Below are positions 47,271-60,916 of a stretch of 64,000 nt of DNA, one piece after another. Within the stretch, counting starts at the first letter, position 1. Each line of letters opens with the position of its first letter. The stretch comes from Phoronis australis (taxonomy: Eukaryota > Animalia > Phoronida): contig NMRA01000696.1 in NCBI GenBank assembly GCA_002633005.1, positions 136,006 to 200,005 on the forward strand, given 5' to 3'. The translations under genes and the position numbers were made by a program. The notes beneath the pieces are model-generated. The model was not told where the DNA came from and ran no database searches. It worked only from the letters and a program-made list of their open reading frames with translations.

Positions 47271-47940
47271 CTCAGCCTGGTTACTGTCAAGCTTATCTGC
47301 CATCCGACTGTCAAAGGCAAAATGCATTTCCCTTGAGTAGAGGAGAACTGGATTCCAAAGTGAACAATGGAAATAATAACGAAATCTTCAAAAGATATGT
47401 CTCAAATGTCTTTTCAAAAAGATATAGATATACACTGTAAATATACATGTAGGTTAATCTGCGTTTCTGTGATTCCTTTAAATATTCTGGGGTTCGTATC
47501 TGCTACTAAAATCATTTAGATTATATGTATCATTTTAGAAATAGTGTTTTTTAATTCCTTACCCCACAAAATGTGGGTTCAGCCATTAAATCTAGCATTC
47601 TAAGTGACCCAAGAGCATAAATACTGAGCAAAATGTATTTTACGGGCGCCATTTGTGAAATTTCAAGATGGCCTCTAATAAAATTAAAATTTCCAACTCA
47701 TTGACTTCAGAACTGCAGGTGTAGCCATAAAAACTAACATTCTCAGTGACCCAAGGGCGGATATATTGGGTAAAATCCATTTTACCGGCGCCATTTTTGA
47801 AAATCCAAGATGGCCACCGAAAAAATGGGATCAATTATTTTCTGATTCGTCATTCCATGAGGTTTCCAAAAATGTATAGTTTCCACTTTCCCCAAAAAAC
47901 TCCAACGAATGTCAAAATTTGGACATAGTGAACCTCACTA
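46395..47940 (-). mobile_element. Truncated Academ element with one terminus
   Basis: Minus-strand terminus TAGTGAGGTTCAC at 47940 with ggcgccattt/caagatggcc subterminal repeats, adjacent to the transposase remnant. Confidence 0.6.
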
Positions 47941-48448
47941 AGGGGCTGACACGGTTTCAACAGAGACGACGGACCACAATTTAACTTTGAAAAATGAGCC
48001 GGGTAATTTTTCAAATTTGAAAATGTGGCCCGGGTCATTTTTCTAAAAGGGCCAAAATTTAACGTTTCACCGGCAGTCATATCGATCTGCATGGACAAGA
48101 CGCAGTTCTTTTATTGTAGCGATGGCAGATAACAGTTAGCGTGTTTTGAAACCAATTTTCAGGTTGCGAGGAAACAAACTAACGGATGGCTGGAAAATAA
48201 CCCCTTCGCGGACAGCTCGTCTGTCTTGCTATTGCGTTTTCGCTATCGTTTTAGACGAATCAGTGTCACAAATAAGCAATTTAGGCAAGGATTGTGGAAG
48301 TAGATGAAAAATTAACATTAAAATACTGTTGTTAGCATAAATGACACGTATTAGAAAATATTTTTTTATGTGTTGGTTTGTCATTACTCCAATAGATGTA
48401 ACTATCAAAAAACTATTCGTGTATTTGATGCGTAGCTTGGTGGGTTTT

Positions 48449-48520
48449 TGTGTGTGTGTTTGTTTGCGTGTGTGGTTGTGTGTGTGTGTCTGCGTGTGTG
48501 TGAATGTGTGTGCGTGTGTT
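48449..48520. repeat. Imperfect (GT)n microsatellite
   Basis: Read directly from the sequence. Confidence 0.85.
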
Positions 48521-49409
48521 TACATGTACATATTGTTACGATTTTCTGTTGTTTCTACAATAAATCATTTGCACAATGTAATCATTCATTTGTGCAATGT
48601 TCACCTGCTGTTCATTTACTTGTTGTTAATTCGATTTCTGAGCTATAATGTTATCTGTAGTATTTATCAATGTCTTGAATAAAATTAAAAATTGAAGGTA
48701 TACCTTGTAAAAGAATCCAATCCAATACATTGTGTTACTAACCGTATATAATTGTCCTGCTCCACGCCAACTGTCCCACATCAAAATGTCCCACTGCTTT
48801 ACACATGGCAAAACTGACATACTATCATGTAGTAATTTAATCTTCCAAGTGGCATAGCCCTATTTTCCTGTTCGACTAAAAACTTGATCAAATTCTTTGG
48901 TGAATTACACGAAAACGTGCAACTTAAAACACTGGAACTTTTTGAATTTGGAAAGTACACATTTGAATGAGGTGGAAAACTTAAAAATAAAGTCGACAGA
49001 TGAAAGTACTCAAGAAACGTTTTTAGACCTCCCACAGCTAAGGGCCAACTGACTATACGCTATCCAATAATCATAAAACTCATGATGTCCGTCTAAGGAT
49101 TTACAGATGAATATTAAAGTATTTATCTAGAACAAGCGAGATTGCCGCCGCGCGTGTGTTTTTAAGGGGCATTAACATTTTTTTGAGATCAGGTTTAGCG
49201 CGGAAACAAACCTGAACATCCGCGGTCCCAGTCTAACACTGCTGCAAGAGTTAAATCCCACTAGATAAACAACAGGATATTTTAAGTGTACTCAACTTCT
49301 AAATTTAACTAGTAAATTTTCTACTGAAAATACCGCATGAGCACCCTGCTCATTCGAAACAATTCGTCATTTTCCGTACGACGTTATAATGTACATAAAT
49401 GTACCCTAT

Positions 49410-49646
49410 CATGGGCGCACCCGGGGGGGGGAGGCTCGGGGGCTCACCTCAATGAAACAAGAAGTCCGAGCAAACGACACAAAAGTCCACAAAGTCTACA
49501 GAAATTCGGCGCGGATGCACAATTCGTATGCCTGAACCTAGTGGTTCCGTTTTCCCGTTTTTTTAGTCCTCGTTGATTTTTTTCAATAAAGGGTCCGCAT
49601 ACCGAAAAATTCGAGCCCCGCTATATTTTAGGCTGGGTGCGTGCAT
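49410..49646. mobile_element. Related hAT-like MITE
   Basis: CATGGGCGCACCC ... GGGTGCGTGCAT; internal similarity to 50476-50695; TSD not seen. Confidence 0.6.
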
Positions 49647-50475
49647 CACACCGAAGGAGACGAGATGTCTCCGAAGATCTAGGAAATCAAAAAAGTAATC
49701 CCGCAGACCAGTTTCAACATTAATACCATGAACATTCCTGGATGGCTCAAAGTCTACATTTTCTTAAGCCGATTTACAATGCAGATTTTCCCGAAAATAA
49801 TGAGCAAATGGCAAAAAACAGCACTCGATTATGAATTGATGCTATCTGTCCGTAAATAATGCGGCGTTGTTTTGACATGAGCTTGTGATCACGCTGAATG
49901 GGAAAGCAATCTCGTCGATATCCTTCTTAAAATGTAGATTGAAACAGCTCTTACTCTCCCGTCCAATTAATTGGGAAACGCACATAAACTGGTTTGCTTA
50001 CTCTGTCTTATTACTTTTAAAGATGGCAGATGGACGAATCCATGGACTCGTGTATAAGCCAGTATTGGTGCACGAAGTAAATGTGTGTGTCCAATGACAT
50101 TTCACGAAAAGCTGCTACTACAAGTACCCATGCATGATTGATTCGAGCTGTATAAGGCGACACCTTTGAATTTGTAGTCTAAATTGATTAAGTATTTCTC
50201 GTTCTATCATGACTGTTGACAGTTTTTAGATGTAAAAAAATTACACTTCAAAAATACGACACAGTAGTCACGCTTCGGTTGTACTGCATGGCGATATCTC
50301 GCAAAAACTTGCACGATCTGACTTTTCTTGGAAACTTGATCTACGGAACGTAGTCCAGGTTACCACCATGACGTCAACTGATTCGATACAAACAGCTACC
50401 TTGCTTCTGTTTCACAAACAATCTGTTCACGCAATTTATTCACACCAATTCAAAACGTTACATTTAATACTTTTA

Positions 50476-50695
50476 CATGCGCGCACCCACGAAGGGGCCA
50501 AAAAGGTCCGCCTCTGAGAGACAAAAGGTCCGGTAAATGAGACAAAAGTCCACTAAACAAGCGCGAACGCGCAATTCACAGTGATGCTCCCGTTTTTCTT
50601 TATTTTTGATTTTCAGTCCGCCCGCTTTTTGTTAGCAAAAGGTCCACGACGTCAGGAGTTCGAGCCCCCAATATTGAAGGCTGGGTGAGCGCATG
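50476..50695. mobile_element. hAT5-like MITE (CATGCGCGCACCC family)
   Basis: TIR CATGCGCGCACCC / GGGTGAGCGCATG; TSD TTTTA; inverted relative of 34247-34452. Confidence 0.75.
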
Positions 50696-53127
50696 TTTTA
50701 CACATGGAAATTAAAGTCTTGAAAGAAACAAACCAAAACAACTCAGGACAGAGCAAAAAAGTTTTTCAGCTACGCTCAATACAAATTTGCCTGTTTGTCT
50801 ACACAAATTTCTAATGATGGACACCACAACCTCTACGAAAGGGCACCATTTTATGTAAAACAAGTCAAACAAACACACAGAGAAATAGAAATAAAATTAC
50901 TGAGAAGATCACAGATAAGAATGCTCTAGATCAATAAGAGTCAATTCGCTGAGTAAGCAGATAAAAACAAGTTTGTTTCTAACTGTTTGGACTCATGGGT
51001 AAACCTACAAATACTGTAAAACAAATCTGTGTCGGCTCATTTGCTAATAAAATGCTTTGGTCGCATATGCTGTAACACCAGAACAAAAATCAATGGCAGT
51101 AAGTAAGATTTACATGAAGAAGCTTCCAAGACTTTTTACATACAAATGCACAATTTGACACTGAAAGTTCGTAGGGAGAGGATATAAAACTTGAAAAGCA
51201 CGCTCAGGATTTCCATTAAATGAACACCAGAGCTAGTTTGGATAGAGAAAGTTGCTTGATGTTTCGTTCAAAAGAAGTGATTAAGTTTACAATCATCTTG
51301 GCATTTAGCAAATGCAGTTTAAAAGCTATGTTGTAACTAACATATCTCAACTTACTACATAAAAATCATTTCTTGTCTATGTTTATCGACAAATACACAC
51401 TCTTTTATTTTTTAATACTCGTTGAATAAAACGAACATATATATGAAATACGCAGATACACAAAAATGGAAAATTCTTCACACACGCACGCACACACACC
51501 ATCACACAAAATTGGTCGCTAAATATGATCACCAGAGAAGACATGAGATAACTTTTTTCCAATGGTTATATTCCTCAATTTTACCATTTTAAAAAAAAGA
51601 AATTTCTGAAATTGAATTCATGTTTCAACGTTCTGATGAAGCCAAATATAGTAGGCACCCTAGATTTGTTTCTTACTTGATGTGGAATTTTTTTGAATAT
51701 TAGCAGAAACCAATTTAAAACCTTATATTTTGTGTCATAAATATTCCCAAGCATTTTTGATAATGTGGAAATTAATGTTTCTCCTGGCGAGCACACGGAT
51801 TTCTGTTTCTGACACAAAATTTCTAATTATTTAACAGTTGTAAAAATTATATTCCAACTTTTCAGATTTTAGCTTATAAAATGAACATTTGTCAGAGTCA
51901 ATTACCTTAATTTTATTCAAAAAATAGCTACGAGAATTCTAGTTAAAAATGTACTACAAACACATCACCCAAGTATCTGTAGTGTAGTCAAAAGGTTGAG
52001 AATATTTTCCACTATATGGATATCTACATAACAATTTATAAAAAGAATTATAGCCTTAGCTGCTAAATATATCACACACATTAAATGGCATCAACGAACC
52101 GATGATCTTATTCAACACAGAAATCTCGGAGATAATTTACTCAAAAAGGACTTGACCGATTAAATTGGTGAAATATACTCTAAAAATTTGATCTGAGAAA
52201 AACCTTCTTTCAATTTTGCAGTACAAATAAAAATTACTGTGTTCATCTAACAGACCATGATATACAGAAGACCTGTGTTAGCATAATTCATAAAAATACG
52301 GTCTTGCCTCCAACTTGTATGTCATTTTCATACCACAGATTTGTGAACTGCACATTTTCAGCCATTCATCGATATTTGTTTATTCTATCCAAAAAGGGAT
52401 TGTTGACTAACCTTATATCCAAAAATGTCTAATCCTCACACCTCTGTTCTTCTTACCAAAATGTCTCTTTAAATTTGTTCTAACTTACTGTCCAATATAA
52501 ATAAAAAATTGAACTGAATTCCTTTAAAACTGAGGCAGGTGGGTTGGGTGACAAAGTAAGTCAATACAAAATTTTGGGGATTACCAAAGATTTTAAAACA
52601 ATAAATTTTCCCAGAATAATCGACTTTCTACCGCTCCTGAGCTTAAAAAACAAATGTAAAACGTCAGCTGCTTCTTTGTCAAGGATTTCAAGTCTTGTTA
52701 AGAACCAACTGCGTCAACCCCATCGGATCGTCTGGGGTATTTTCGTAACCTCGAATTTCCCCTCGAAGTTCAACATTATCTGTGCATGTGCGAACTTCAA
52801 GCGTACGGCCAACCCTTCTCCAGTTTGAAAGTCACATACTTTGCCGTGAGATTGAAGTCAGAACATGCGAAAAGAACGTTCTCTTTGAGACTGCGAAAAT
52901 GCCGCGTGATGGCCCCCAACCCGTGAACAAATAAAAGTTTTCCGCATAGAAATATAATGTAATTCTCTTTGCACCTTCTTTTACATCAGCCAATGCTTCC
53001 AACCGGAGGACGCTTTATAAACGATAAGGTATGGGTTGCTTCCGATGAGACATGAGAGAACGCAACAGACCACGTACAACTTTGGAAATGGATGTATCAA
53101 AAATGACATGTTCGTCTCCCCCCTGAC

Positions 53128-53323
53128 CTAGGTGTTGTTTGTCTGAGACAACTTTTTCTCCACTCTACCACGTTGATCAAGCTCCTTCAGGAATTGAGTA
53201 AAATTCAGGAGATGTAGTGGTTCCATGTTGAATCTTGATGTCATCATCTTGTAATAAAAAGCTGACGACCTCCTGTACACATCTATCAATTCAGTCAGTT
53301 GTTCGCCTCCAAACTCTTTAAAC
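53128..53323 (-). CDS. TIR gene terminal exon, end of SAM-like domain
   Basis: Acceptor tttcatttag|G; stop TAG 53130-53128. Confidence 0.75.
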
Positions 53324-56300
53324 CTAAATGAAAAAAAGCTGTTGATGTCGAATCGGAATACATCTGAACAGCAAGATATTTGGTTTGGTCAATATTAGAA
53401 CGAGATTTTAGACAAACATGTGAGAATGGGTACATTAGGTTTGGTAATTGGACACTGTACACCTTTATACGAAGGCACCATTTACTATTGTATTTTCTTG
53501 ATGGGCTATTGGTTCTACGAAAGAGTTGAAATGACTTATCACTTACACTTTGGCCGAGCAATTATTTAGTCTACAAATTAGATGGTGACTTCAGCTAGTT
53601 GTAGATGCCACCGATGAATATCGAAAGAAGTAACGTTTATGTGATGAATAATTCTTACTTTCGTGAATACTTCTTCAAACCCCTTTCACATAGAGACTGT
53701 TGTAGTTCCTGTTTTGTGATTGTGATTGGCCTTCTCGCAACAACTCGTTGGCCTAAAATGATGATATTCAAACTGACAATTGAATACATGGAAGGGAAAA
53801 CATTATTGGAGAACCAGAGTAGGGCTAAAGAAAACTGAAGATAGAACAAGCTGCAGAGGACTTTGTTCATGGACTTTCACCAGAATTCAAAAGGTTGAAG
53901 ATCATACTGGTTGCCACTGCGTCCAGCGTGCAGTAAATTGTATAAAAAGGATAAGTGTCATATACAAGATAATCTATAACTAAGCTAGAAGGCGATTGAA
54001 TCTATGAAATTTAAAATAATGCCCAAATTGAAAATCAATGACGTGCTTCATTAAATAAAATGTCATTGAACTCTTGTTGTCCTGTCATCTCAAATTAGAA
54101 TCTGATCAATGTGCTTCTGCAAACCATACTTATTAATTTAAACATAATTGAACGTTAGAAAACTTTGCTCAAGCAAACTTTTAAGGAAGGAGTCAATGAT
54201 AAATCTGTAGTATATCCGGGACTAGAAACTGTGCGGCACATTGGACGAAGTGCAATGTTTCACAATAATAGTTATCTTGTAATTACTTGTCGTTACTAAC
54301 AATATTTCAAATGTCGTTAAAAGGATGTTTCTTTCCATTAAATAACTTCCTTGTTTTTTCAAAGCATGCAGGTGTTAGTAACTGTACTTCGTTCATTTAT
54401 TGCTATGCTTATTTAGTGGCTATTGTTCATTTATTGCTATGCTTATTTAGTGGCTATTTTTCATTTATTGCTATGCTTATTTAGTGGCTATTGTTCATTT
54501 ATTGCTATGCTTATTTAGTGGCTATTGTTCATTTATTCTTTGTTGCGTCTCAGTGCGCTGTATAGCCTGTGTTACTTGGACAATGCTGGCGTGACTGTAT
54601 GTGTCGGGCACTTCGCTAGCGACAGGCTTCAGAGAAGGACGTGTTTCCTTCCTTGGCCTATATGGACTTGTACTGAGCGTGTTATGTGCAACTAAACTGA
54701 AATGTATGCGTTGAAGTGAAATACACATTTTTGGCGTTCACTGGAGATTTGCTCTGTTACATGGGTTTTTCAATTCAGATTTTGTGGGACCTTCTCAGCT
54801 GTGCATTAAGTCAAATATCTACAATATCACAAAACTTTTAATTAAAAGTAGGAAAATATATTATTTTCTGAAAGTACAACAAAGCCTGGACTTTGGTTTT
54901 TTACTTCATGACAGTCTACTATCAATTTGGTCGAAAAGCAAAACAACGGTATCAATATCATGAACGAATTTTTTTGATATAAATGCTGTATATAAATGTT
55001 TTATATAAATGTTGAGATGAAATCTAAAAAGGGGTATTACAGCTTTTTAAATTACCGTTTTGCTTCCATTTAATGCAACTTTTGATTTTTTCAATTTTTG
55101 GTAGCCCTCATGCCAAACTACAACACTTAAAATAATTCCATATAGCGTTTGAGAGAACAATGCTTTACTACAATTAGCGTCTGTTGGCAAGTGCTTTTGA
55201 ACACAACATTGACTTCTGCCGATTCTGGTTTCATCAGAATTCTCTCATAAGTAGGAAACATCACACGCCTAGTGTTTTCACACAGTGTAATAATTGGCCA
55301 ATACCCATTGCAATAAAGAAGAGCACTTTTATTGAAGCGCAGTATCTGAATGCTTCATCGATTTCCGGTCAGTCATATCTGAGATACGACGTCCCTAGGT
55401 GAGCCAAATTTGATCATTTTTCTAGGGTTTCGCAATGCTTTGAATGTCTTGCTTTTACACTTGAATTTTGAAACAATCTACACCTTTTCCACAAAAACTA
55501 GTGACGGAACGTTACAAATCTTTACTTATAATTACTCGCGATCTCTAATCATTAAGTCAGTGGTTAATCGTTTGCATACTATGTAATATGTCGAGTGCTC
55601 TGATTTGGCCACCGATTCCTTAATTACTTGGTAACAATAAACACGCAACCATAAGCTCGTAACCTTATTCGTGGCGCCTATATTTACCTGGGCTGCATTC
55701 CGTAAACCTAAGACACTCGCACGAAAGGCTAGTGTGGCCAAGTGCATGGCTATATTGCGCTAAGTCTTGTTTTGATTGTAATGCATGACTATATCGTGCT
55801 AAGTCTTGTTTTGATTGTAATGCATGGCTATATCGCGTTAAGTCTTGTTTTGATTGTAATGCATGGCTATATGGCGCTGAGTCTTGTTTTGATTGTAATG
55901 CATGGCTATATGGCGCTTAGTCTTGTTTTGATTGTAATGCATGGCTATATCGCGCTGAGTCTTGTTTTGATTGTAATGCATGGCTATATCGAGCCAAGTC
56001 TTGTTTGGTCTTGCTATTTCGTGAAGCTCTCGCGTCCTGTTATATAGCTGTCCAAACTAAGCCACAATCTCCCTATCAACATGCTAAGGAGTAGAGTTTT
56101 AAGTAAACAGTTCCTGGAACAACCTTTGTGGCATGACCTGGTGCTCTTTTATTGAATGTTCTATTTGTCTTGTGAAAACTGGTAGTTTTCAAGTGATCCA
56201 TCGAATTAAAAACAACTAAAATTGCGTGACTCATCTACTACAAGCAATTTGATTTTCAAATTAAGGAAAAGAAACCAAAATGACACTCATTTTCCTATTA

Positions 56301-59300
56301 AAATTCCATTTGAATATACGGATGTCGTCGAGTCGCCCACGGGCTAGTGTACATCAATTACATGTTAAAATGAGGGATGTCGTCGAGTCACTCACGCGGT
56401 AGTGTACATCAATTACATGCAATTTTACATCTGTGCTACTTTTTGGCTTTGGTTGAATGACACCTGTAGTTTTTAAACCTATCTATGTAAATATCACAAA
56501 AATGTCTACCGTAGATAAAAAATGCAAGTGCAACTTTACACTTAACATAAAGAAAGTAAAAATTCCGTTAGTCAGTCATTAGCATAACCTAACGATGGAT
56601 TTCGCGCTGTTCAGCTGGTTAAAAAATCACGAAAATTGACATTTTGCTCTCAAAAATCGCTCCGATGATATTTCGTAGCACAACAGAATTCTATTTCCGT
56701 TACCTACAAGAACATCGGAGCTATCGATTGCGATACTTCATGTGTGCGCACGCATCCAGCTACCTAACGGAATGGAATGTTAGGGGGCCAATCCATGAGA
56801 GTAAAAGCCTAATTTGATTTTCTTTTTTAGGCAGCTAAACAGGGCGAAAAGCAGCTTGCAGATTTAACCAAAATTAACCGCTGAAGTCATTGGTTACAAT
56901 TCGGATAGTGAAAAGTACTTCTAGAATAGATATCAAGTTCATTACACGTGCTCAAAGATATTTCTACAAGGTAGTATTACAACTTTTCGCTTACCTTCCA
57001 CGTGATCAACTGTTTTCAAAACATCGCACAATTCTTCCAATTTCCCATTCCGCTCTTCCTCTGAAGAGAAGTCGTAATAAAGCTCTTTTCCAAGTAACAT
57101 GGCAAGCCATCCGAGAGAAGGGTAAAAGTGTTCGAGCTTCAGCGGTATAATTTTTTTTCCAAGGTTGTGTGCGTGCTCAGCTTCTAAAATTGTATACACG
57201 TCATGTTTAAGGTCCGGTTTTAAACCAGTTTATTTAAATTTGAGATCATACTAGTATAATGGTATACAATCAGTTTACAAAGCGAATTCAAAGAATCTGC
57301 AAATGATCAATATAATGAAATGAAAGTGAATACAAATGTATGTATACATTGAAATGAAGAAAACAATATTTACTATACATACACAAAGAAACAAATCTAT
57401 TGTTAAATGAAATCACTACTGTTACAGCACAGAAAATTTGAAAGTTAACTATTTTATTCAGATATACGTTTTTTGCTAACGATAACGGCTGCGATTCATA
57501 GATTAAAAACAATTTGACCAATGCATCCACCTGTATAGATAACAGTGAACGTCAGCAATTTCAGTTTTATTGCCACGGACCTACAGGAGCTCTGCTCCCT
57601 CAATCGCATTTAAGGGACAACAAAAGAAATAATAAACGTTACCATTACTTGGGTGGCCACAAGTACGCTGCGGAGTTGTGTTTTAAAACCGTGGCGGAAC
57701 TTATGACAGTTGTGAAAATGTTCAAATATCAGTTTGCTCAGAGAATATTGTATCTCTCCTGGACGTGGAATGTTTTGAATACAAGTGCGGAGTGACATGG
57801 GGGTCCTGATTTTGGAGGTTTGTTATTGAATGTGGCACAGATGTCTTATCAGGTAGGGTATTCCAGATAGTTATTACTGCTAGTTAGTTAGAAGAGCTGT
57901 TTATGTTACGGATAATATTGTAGATATGATGGGTGCGTCGTTTGGATAAGCTTAGCCAACTGAATGAGTCGACCTTACAATTTCTACTGATTTCAAATCG
58001 GTAAATAAAACAACAAGAATGTATCAACTGAAATTTGAAATTTTCGGATGTAATATCTTCCTTTGTCAACAAAAACAGAAATAAAGTAAAATCAAACACA
58101 AAATGACAATTGACTGATTTCAAGGTTGTGTAGACTTTATTGAGCCGTGTACAGCGTATTTCGTCAAATATCTAAAAAATTATACAAAGCTTGTGGAATG
58201 AGAGCTTTAACGTTTCACCAATTTGCCTTTAATTGGTCATATCACCAGGAGATGTCAACCAACTGTAAAACACGACCGCATGTCACGTGAACGTAAACCG
58301 GAAGAGAGGGAACACAAGCAGCGATGTTAATCGGGGTGTAACTATACTAAACTGCTGGCGCATAACTAACTAAACCACTGGCGCATTCTTAACAAAACAT
58401 GGTCAAATTTTATTAAAAACAAATCTTCACGATGTTATCCCAGAAGTGCTGTAATAGTTTTCTAAAGGATTATTTCGTTTGTTTTGTGCAACTTCAGATT
58501 TTTTAAATGAAAATCGTTAACGTCCTATTTTCTGTTAGCCCCTCGTGCAAAAGCATAATATTTTAAGAAAAAAACATACTAGCGTTTTGGAGAACAGTGC
58601 ATTCTCCTGGAGTCCTACTTAAAACTGAACGACTTTGACGAGTTGCCAAAAATTCCAAGAGCACACGGACAAATGACGCTTATAATTGTGTGTAACCTAA
58701 GGCACGCTGATCAAGTGAACGAGGCTCAAACTCTTGAGTATTGAGTATTACAACACCCCATAATAGCATGCCGACAATTTACAAAAATAGGCCCATGGGC
58801 TAATATTCGAAAAACGACTTTTCGAAAACATCAAATCAAACCAAATAAACGCCCGTTCGTATTTTTGAGTGGGCATATTTTTGAAAATTCTCGTGGTTGT
58901 GGATATGAGTGGATGGAGCCTTATTCGAAAAGAAAAAGCTGTGGGGATCGTGCGTACAGGAATTAAATTGTTCTCAATTTGGTCACCAAAAGATGGCAGG
59001 CCGTATATGTTTTTATAAATTAAGCAGAAAATTTGGCCCAATTTTGAGACAACCTGTAATTTTTTAAATTGACAGTGATTGTTAATCATACAAATTTTAA
59101 GCAGTAACTAAGAACTAACATCCTTATTTTATGAAAAATTGTAACCACATTCTCCCGAAGGTTCTGTTGCTACAAAATATAAATATTTTTCAATCAAACA
59201 AAACTTACGGATTTGGAACACTTCATACATAATATCTCATTTACACGTATAGCGCCAACGATTTATTCACCTTCTGCCTGAGGTTTTAAAACATTTAAAA

Positions 59301-59661
59301 ATATAGCTTTAAATATCAACGAGTAAATTCACACACTCATGGTGCGAGCCAGACACTGCTGGTCAAGCAATTTGTCAATGGAATTTTGTGATAAAAAATA
59401 AATCGTGTTTTACTTGAAATAACATAAAAGTTTTCACAAGTGAGGAATTTATTTCCAAATTTTGATGATGCTGATTACACACGCCCATACAAATACCTCT
59501 CATTTATTTCAAATAACCTGTTTCTTATTTCACTGCCACAGTGCTGTTAAGACGCTTACCCATCCGGCAGTTTGGACTTCCTTTGTATTCTTCGGTGACA
59601 CAAAGAAGGACTGCACTGGCTTTCTCTACTGCTTCAGCCATGCAATCAAGCGTACTTCCTC
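53128..59661 (-). CDS. TIR_2-type TIR domain plus C-terminal SAM-like domain protein, last four exons (5' part not found in window)
   Basis: Exons 59661-59560 (GSTLDCMAEAVEKASAVLLCVTEEYKGSPNCRM), 57183-56995 (EAEHAHNLGKKIIPLKLEHFYPSLGWLAMLLGKELYYDFS...), 53752-53659 (QRVVARRPITITKQELQQSLCERGLKKYSR), 53323-53128 (KFKEFGGEQLTELIDVYRRSSAFYYKMMTSRF...LLNFTQFLKEL...*); GT-AG, phases 1,1,2 consistent. Confidence 0.85.
53659..53752 (-). CDS. TIR gene exon, start of SAM-like domain
   Basis: Acceptor cattttag|GC; donor AA|gtaaga. Confidence 0.7.
54391..54537. repeat. 34-bp minisatellite, ~4 copies
   Basis: Unit gttcatttattgctatgcttatttagtggctatt. Confidence 0.92.
55743..56007. repeat. 39-bp minisatellite, ~7 copies
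   Basis: Unit tgcatggctatatcgcgctaagtcttgttttgattgtaa. Confidence 0.95.
56995..57183 (-). CDS. TIR gene exon (EAEHA...IIPLKLE...GWL...YYDFS)
   Basis: Acceptor ttttag|AA; donor G|gtaagc; ORF 56942..57199. Confidence 0.9.
59560..59661 (-). CDS. TIR gene exon (MAEAVE...SPNCRM)
   Basis: Acceptor ttttaag|GA; donor G|gtaagc; typical TIR_2 motif. Confidence 0.88.
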
Positions 59662-59959
59662 CTTAAAATAATGCAACACGTGTGTGTGATCGTCATTCAG
59701 TTACTGGCCCAAATAATGACAACATCAACAGCAACAGCAAAAACAATAATAATAACAGTTATGACAACAACGATAATTGTATGCGCACACACGCACGCAC
59801 GCACACACTCACATATACACACATTGACGGAATTTTATGAAAAGCATTTGGCAATCTACCATTTCTTCGTAAAGTAAGTTGCCGTTGGAGTCTCAAATGT
59901 GGCAAAAAAATCGGCACAGCACTGCAGCAGATCACCTGGTTCCATGGTGTATGCTGTTA

Positions 59960-60140
59960 AACATCAGTGAATGGACGTCCAATAGGAACCCGAACTGAAA
60001 GTTCAGGGCTTGAATCCGATTTCAGCGTTCTTGAAGTTCAGTTGCCGTGTCCAGCGCAAGCTTCCCCACTCTCACGACTTCACCTTTCATGGGTAGTCCC
60101 ACATCTGTTGCTTCATCACAAAGCATGAATCACGTTTGTC
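59960..60140 (-). pseudogene. Possible hAT transposase remnant
   Basis: ATDVGLPMKGEVVRVGKLALDTATELQER*NRIQALNFQFGFLLD resembles the hAT region preceding the dimerisation domain. Confidence 0.4.
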
Positions 60141-60424
60141 TCTATGGGTCTTTTAAAGACTTTTAAACAGTACAGGAAATAATGCTGTAAACACTTTGCA
60201 GCTTCTTAAAATTTCGTTTGCTGAGCTAAGCTTTTTCAAAAAATGACGAATTTCAAAAGGTGAAATTCGTATGAATAGAAACGCCCATGGCCATTTTTAT
60301 TCCAGAAATTTACTATTGGCAAATGCCATTCAAATGAAATGTACTTCTTCGTTTTATACAATGAATTTGTGAAATAATAAAAAACTAGTAGTGGGAAGAG
60401 AAACAGTAACATCCCGAGGCACTT

Positions 60425-60621
60425 GTGGATCCAGAGTGCTGCACGCTGGCCACAACTACAACTGGTGGATCTAGAGTGCTGCACGCTGGCTACAACTACA
60501 ACTGGTGGATCCAGAATGCTGCACGCTGGCCACAACTACAACTGGTGGATCTAGAGTGCTGCATGCTGGCCACAACTACAACTGGTGGATCTAGGGTGTC
60601 GCATGCTGACCATAACCACAA
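60425..60621. repeat. 40-bp minisatellite, ~5 copies
   Basis: Unit gtggatctagagtgctgcacgctggccacaactacaactg. Confidence 0.95.
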
Positions 60622-60710
60622 TTTTTGAGGGAATTGTGTTCACGTTAGCTCTAAAAATGTCTTTGCTCATGTCTGGAAGGGGTGAACTAAACCCTTGACT
60701 ATCCCTCGCC

Positions 60711-60916
60711 CACAGGCGTAGCCAGAACATTAAACGGTGAGGCCAAACGCATTGTTGGCGACTGGTGAGCGGCTGCTAAAATGAGTGCAACATGGGGTCG
60801 CTTTGCAGTGAAAGGGGGACCAAAAGCAAAACTGAAATGTTTTGACCCGGGGTGCACTTTTTGCACTGAATAGGGGTGAGCATGGCCTACTTGTGCCCCT
60901 CGTGACTACGCCAGTA
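60711..60916. mobile_element. hAT-like MITE, decayed
   Basis: GGCGTAGCC ... GACTACGCC inverted termini; TSD imperfect. Confidence 0.45.

Larger units (their letters stand above)
45545..48074. mobile_element. Unclassified TIR element enclosing the Academ remnant
   Basis: GCCGGTGTAACATTAAATTTTGACCC ... GGGCCAAAATTTAACGTTTCACCGGC with subterminal gacccgg repeats; no TSD recognised. Confidence 0.55.

Noticed and set aside
52600-53120. Coding-looking sequence downstream of the TIR-SAM stop
   Set aside because: The frames I translated contain stops and no recognisable motif; treated as 3' UTR or unidentified decayed DNA.
54576-54691. Possible extra exon of the TIR-SAM gene (VAHNTLSTSPYRPRKE...SIVQ)
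   Set aside because: It starts in phase 1 but its obvious donor ends in phase 0, breaking frame with the phase-1 acceptor at 53752. The model works without it; RNA-seq is needed to exclude it.
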